Source: a virus (taxonomy: Monodnaviria > Loebvirae > Hofneiviricota > Faserviricetes > Tubulavirales > Inoviridae). From it: a stretch of 8,169 nucleotides of DNA. Positions 6,419 to 8,169 of the stretch are shown here, piece after piece; positions within the stretch are counted from its first letter, which is position 1, and each line of letters opens with the position of its first letter. The notes under the pieces are model-generated. The model was not told the origin of the DNA, ran no database searches, and saw only the letters and a list, made by a program, of their open reading frames with translations. The stretch spans positions 1 to 8,169 of the IMG/VR virus record IMGVR_UViG_2541047720_000001; one strand, given 5' to 3'. The position numbers and the translations under genes are program-made.

Positions 6419-6454
6419 GGCCGCTGCGGGATTCTATTTTCGCAGCGGCCTTTT
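6419..6454. terminator. Bidirectional rho-independent terminator (perfect 10-bp GC-rich stem)
   Basis: ggccgctgcg (6419-6428) pairs perfectly with cgcagcggcc (6441-6450) around a 12-nt loop. It is followed by TTTT on the plus strand and preceded by AAAGA (a T-tract on the minus strand). It lies between the 234-aa gene and the hipA 3' end. Confidence 0.7.
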
Positions 6455-6484
6455 CAACATAACGAGTCGTACATTATGCGCACC
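6452..6484. other. dif-like hybrid attachment site (right prophage junction): conserved XerC arm, degenerate XerD-type arm and extended spacer
   Basis: 6474-6484 ttatgcgcacc is identical to the XerC-arm complement of dif. 6452-6462 tttcaacataa matches the XerD-arm complement atttaacataa at 9 of 11 positions. The two arms are separated by 11 bp (cgagtcgtaca) instead of 6. Confidence 0.7.
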
Positions 6485-6562
6485 AACATAAACCAAGGGA
6501 GAATCCAGTCGTTGGCGGTTCATGATTGTTCTGCTCATTAACAACGACCAAAACCCCATATC

Positions 6563-7885
6563 TTACTTAATACCGTATTCTCGGCTTAACCGACCGTGCA
6601 ACCTCAACACATTGGTTTCAACTGCCGTCACCACGTTCTCCGGAAAATCTGTCGGTAATGAAGTCTTCACGTTATCCAGTGCTGCCGGAATCATTCTGGC
6701 AAAGTCACTCAGGATTTCATGCATCTGCACTTCCGGGAATTTCAGCACCTTTGCTGTCGCCAGAAAATGTCGCGGATAAATTTTATCGATTGCCGTTTTT
6801 TTGCCTTTGGATGCGTTAAGCCCCATTGCCAGTTTGAGATCGCTGATGTGTATTCCCGTACCGCCAAGGACCGGAAATGCCGAAATGATGTCATAAAATG
6901 GTGTGAGCCGATAACTGCCGCCAGCCTGAATAAATACGGAGAAGTTTTTTGCATGGCCATCTGTTGCGCCAATCAACCACTGGAAGACCTGAAACTTCAT
7001 AAAATCATAGCGATCTTTCAGCGCCTCGCTGGACCCCATTAAAAAAGCCATAATTTGCGCGATACCGGGGCCTCCATCTGATTCATATTTCACCGATGAA
7101 GGTAAACCGAATGTCTGGCACATATCCTCCTGTGGCAAGCGAAGTAAAACCGTTCGCTCAGTATTCCAACGCCTGTCAAAACGTTTGACCGCTAACGCGC
7201 GCACCCTTCCCGCTTTAATGATTTCTGCGTCCGGAACATTCAACCCGAGTTCTTTCGCCAGCAGCAAACAGTAATACTCATTATCAACGCTTTGGCTAAG
7301 ATCGAGCGTCGCATTGGGCTGTCTGATTTCGCCAATCGGCAATTTGATAATGTGCGTCGTTGGCGTTATTCCCTTCGGAATGCACCAGTCATTGCCTATT
7401 CTGAGCAGCGCAGTCTTCTCCTGTGCGCCAGCAACCGAGATGCGAAAGTCATTTTCTTCTCTAATCATGCCTAACGGGATATCTGCTTTATAAGCCGTTA
7501 ATACTTCTTCAAGTCTGGCTTCAGTAAGCTTTTCCCATGCCATTATCGGACACGTTACGGTTTCATCTTCGGGGATTAACGTCACGGCACCAACGCTATC
7601 TCGCCCTATTTCTGACAATAAATCAAACGGTTGTCTGGATTTAGCATGATAACGTTTAACGATCCGGTCACGTACAATCGGGCTATCGGGTAACAGGTTA
7701 TCGAAGAAGTTAAATACGGCATCAGAGGTGATATTCCCCCTCTGCAATGGCAGCGAAAGTGACAACGGTCTGGCATAACGGCTGGCTAACCACTCAGGTG
7801 CATACTTAAAGGTGTGCGCGCCGTTGGCTAACTTCGTTAACTCGCCTACCCGCTGGTTGTTCATCCAAGTGACTAGTTTAGGCAT
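6563..7885 (-). CDS. hipA: HipA serine/threonine kinase toxin (type II toxin-antitoxin), 440 aa
   Basis: Near-identical by eye to E. coli HipA from MPKLVTWMNNQRVGELTKLANGAHTFKYAPEWL to the C-terminus. The ATG at 7883-7885 overlaps the hipB stop by 1 nt. The six-frame ORF has a 19-codon 5' extension that is not used. Confidence 0.97.
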   Translation of the reverse strand: MPKLVTWMNNQRVGELTKLANGAHTFKYAPEWLASRYARPLSLSLPLQRGNITSDAVFNFFDNLLPDSPIVRDRIVKRYHAKSRQPFDLLSEIGRDSVGAVTLIPEDETVTCPIMAWEKLTEARLEEVLTAYKADIPLGMIREENDFRISVAGAQEKTALLRIGNDWCIPKGITPTTHIIKLPIGEIRQPNATLDLSQSVDNEYYCLLLAKELGLNVPDAEIIKAGRVRALAVKRFDRRWNTERTVLLRLPQEDMCQTFGLPSSVKYESDGGPGIAQIMAFLMGSSEALKDRYDFMKFQVFQWLIGATDGHAKNFSVFIQAGGSYRLTPFYDIISAFPVLGGTGIHISDLKLAMGLNASKGKKTAIDKIYPRHFLATAKVLKFPEVQMHEILSDFARMIPAALDNVKTSLPTDFPENVVTAVETNVLRLHGRLSREYGIK

Positions 7886-8151
7886 TACCACTCCAGATCT
7901 TGCTGTTCTGCTGCTTCTGGCGAGGCATTTTTCGCGTCGCATAGCGTCATTGAGAGTTCAAGCGACTGTAAAATCTTAAAAAATGTCGTGAGCGAGGTAT
8001 TGTCAGGATTGTTTTCGAAATTGGAAATTGTCGCCTGCTTAATGCCGATTTTTTTCGCCAATTCGCTCTGCGTCCAGCCGTTTTGCTGGCGAACCAGTTT
8101 CATTGCATTCGCCAATTGCGTTGGGCTATAGATCTTCTGAAAGCTCATCAT
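7885..8151 (-). CDS. hipB: HipB antitoxin / HTH transcriptional repressor, 88 aa
   Basis: MMSFQKIYSPTQLANAMKLVRQQNGWTQSELAKKIGIKQATISNFENNPDN... matches E. coli HipB. Length is 88 aa from the ATG at 8149-8151, with a TAA stop at 7885-7887. Confidence 0.95.
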   Translation of the reverse strand: MMSFQKIYSPTQLANAMKLVRQQNGWTQSELAKKIGIKQATISNFENNPDNTSLTTFFKILQSLELSMTLCDAKNASPEAAEQQDLEW

Positions 8152-8169
8152 GTCATACGTCCACAGCAA

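Larger units (their letters stand above)
135..6484 (-). mobile_element. Integrated Ff/IKe-like filamentous prophage (inovirus) at dif, flanked by dif and a dif-like hybrid site; apparently lacks a gene II initiator
   Basis: Minus-strand gene order matches Ff phages (gX-like, gV, gVII, gIX, gVIII, gIII, gVI, gI, gIV, intergenic hairpin). It is bounded by the two dif-type sites, and the host gene hipA lies just outside the right site. Confidence 0.8.

Noticed and set aside
6522-7474. ORFs 6522-6779 (+), 6719-7042 (+), 7292-7474 (+) and 6742-6972 (-) overlapping hipA
   Set aside because: hipA is near-identical to the reference protein across this span. The overlapping ORFs are chance frames.

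Overview
This window holds a ~6.3-kb Ff/IKe-like filamentous (inovirus) prophage on the minus strand, inserted at the chromosomal dif site next to the hipBA toxin-antitoxin operon. An exact 28-bp E. coli dif (135-162) forms the left junction and a dif-like hybrid site (6452-6484) the right junction, the signature of an XerCD-exploiting element (IMEX). The gene order is the canonical Ff order read on the minus strand: gX-like, gV, gVII, gIX, gVIII, gIII, gVI, gI, gIV, then an intergenic hairpin. The most interesting part is the prophage's right end. The N-terminal nuclease part of the rolling-circle initiator gene II is absent; only a standalone gX-like ORF remains. In its place sits an AT-rich, opposite-strand gene for a 234-aa protein of unknown function with a soluble N-terminal domain and C-terminal transmembrane helices. 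A 77-aa Cys-rich ORF lies at the other prophage end. The gIV product also has a non-canonical C-terminus. hipA and hipB (440 and 88 aa, overlapping by 1 nt) appear intact in the host flank. All calls rest on reading the sequence and on remembered reference proteins (M13/f1, IKe, E. coli HipA/HipB and dif); no database search or computation was run, so similarity statements are qualitative.
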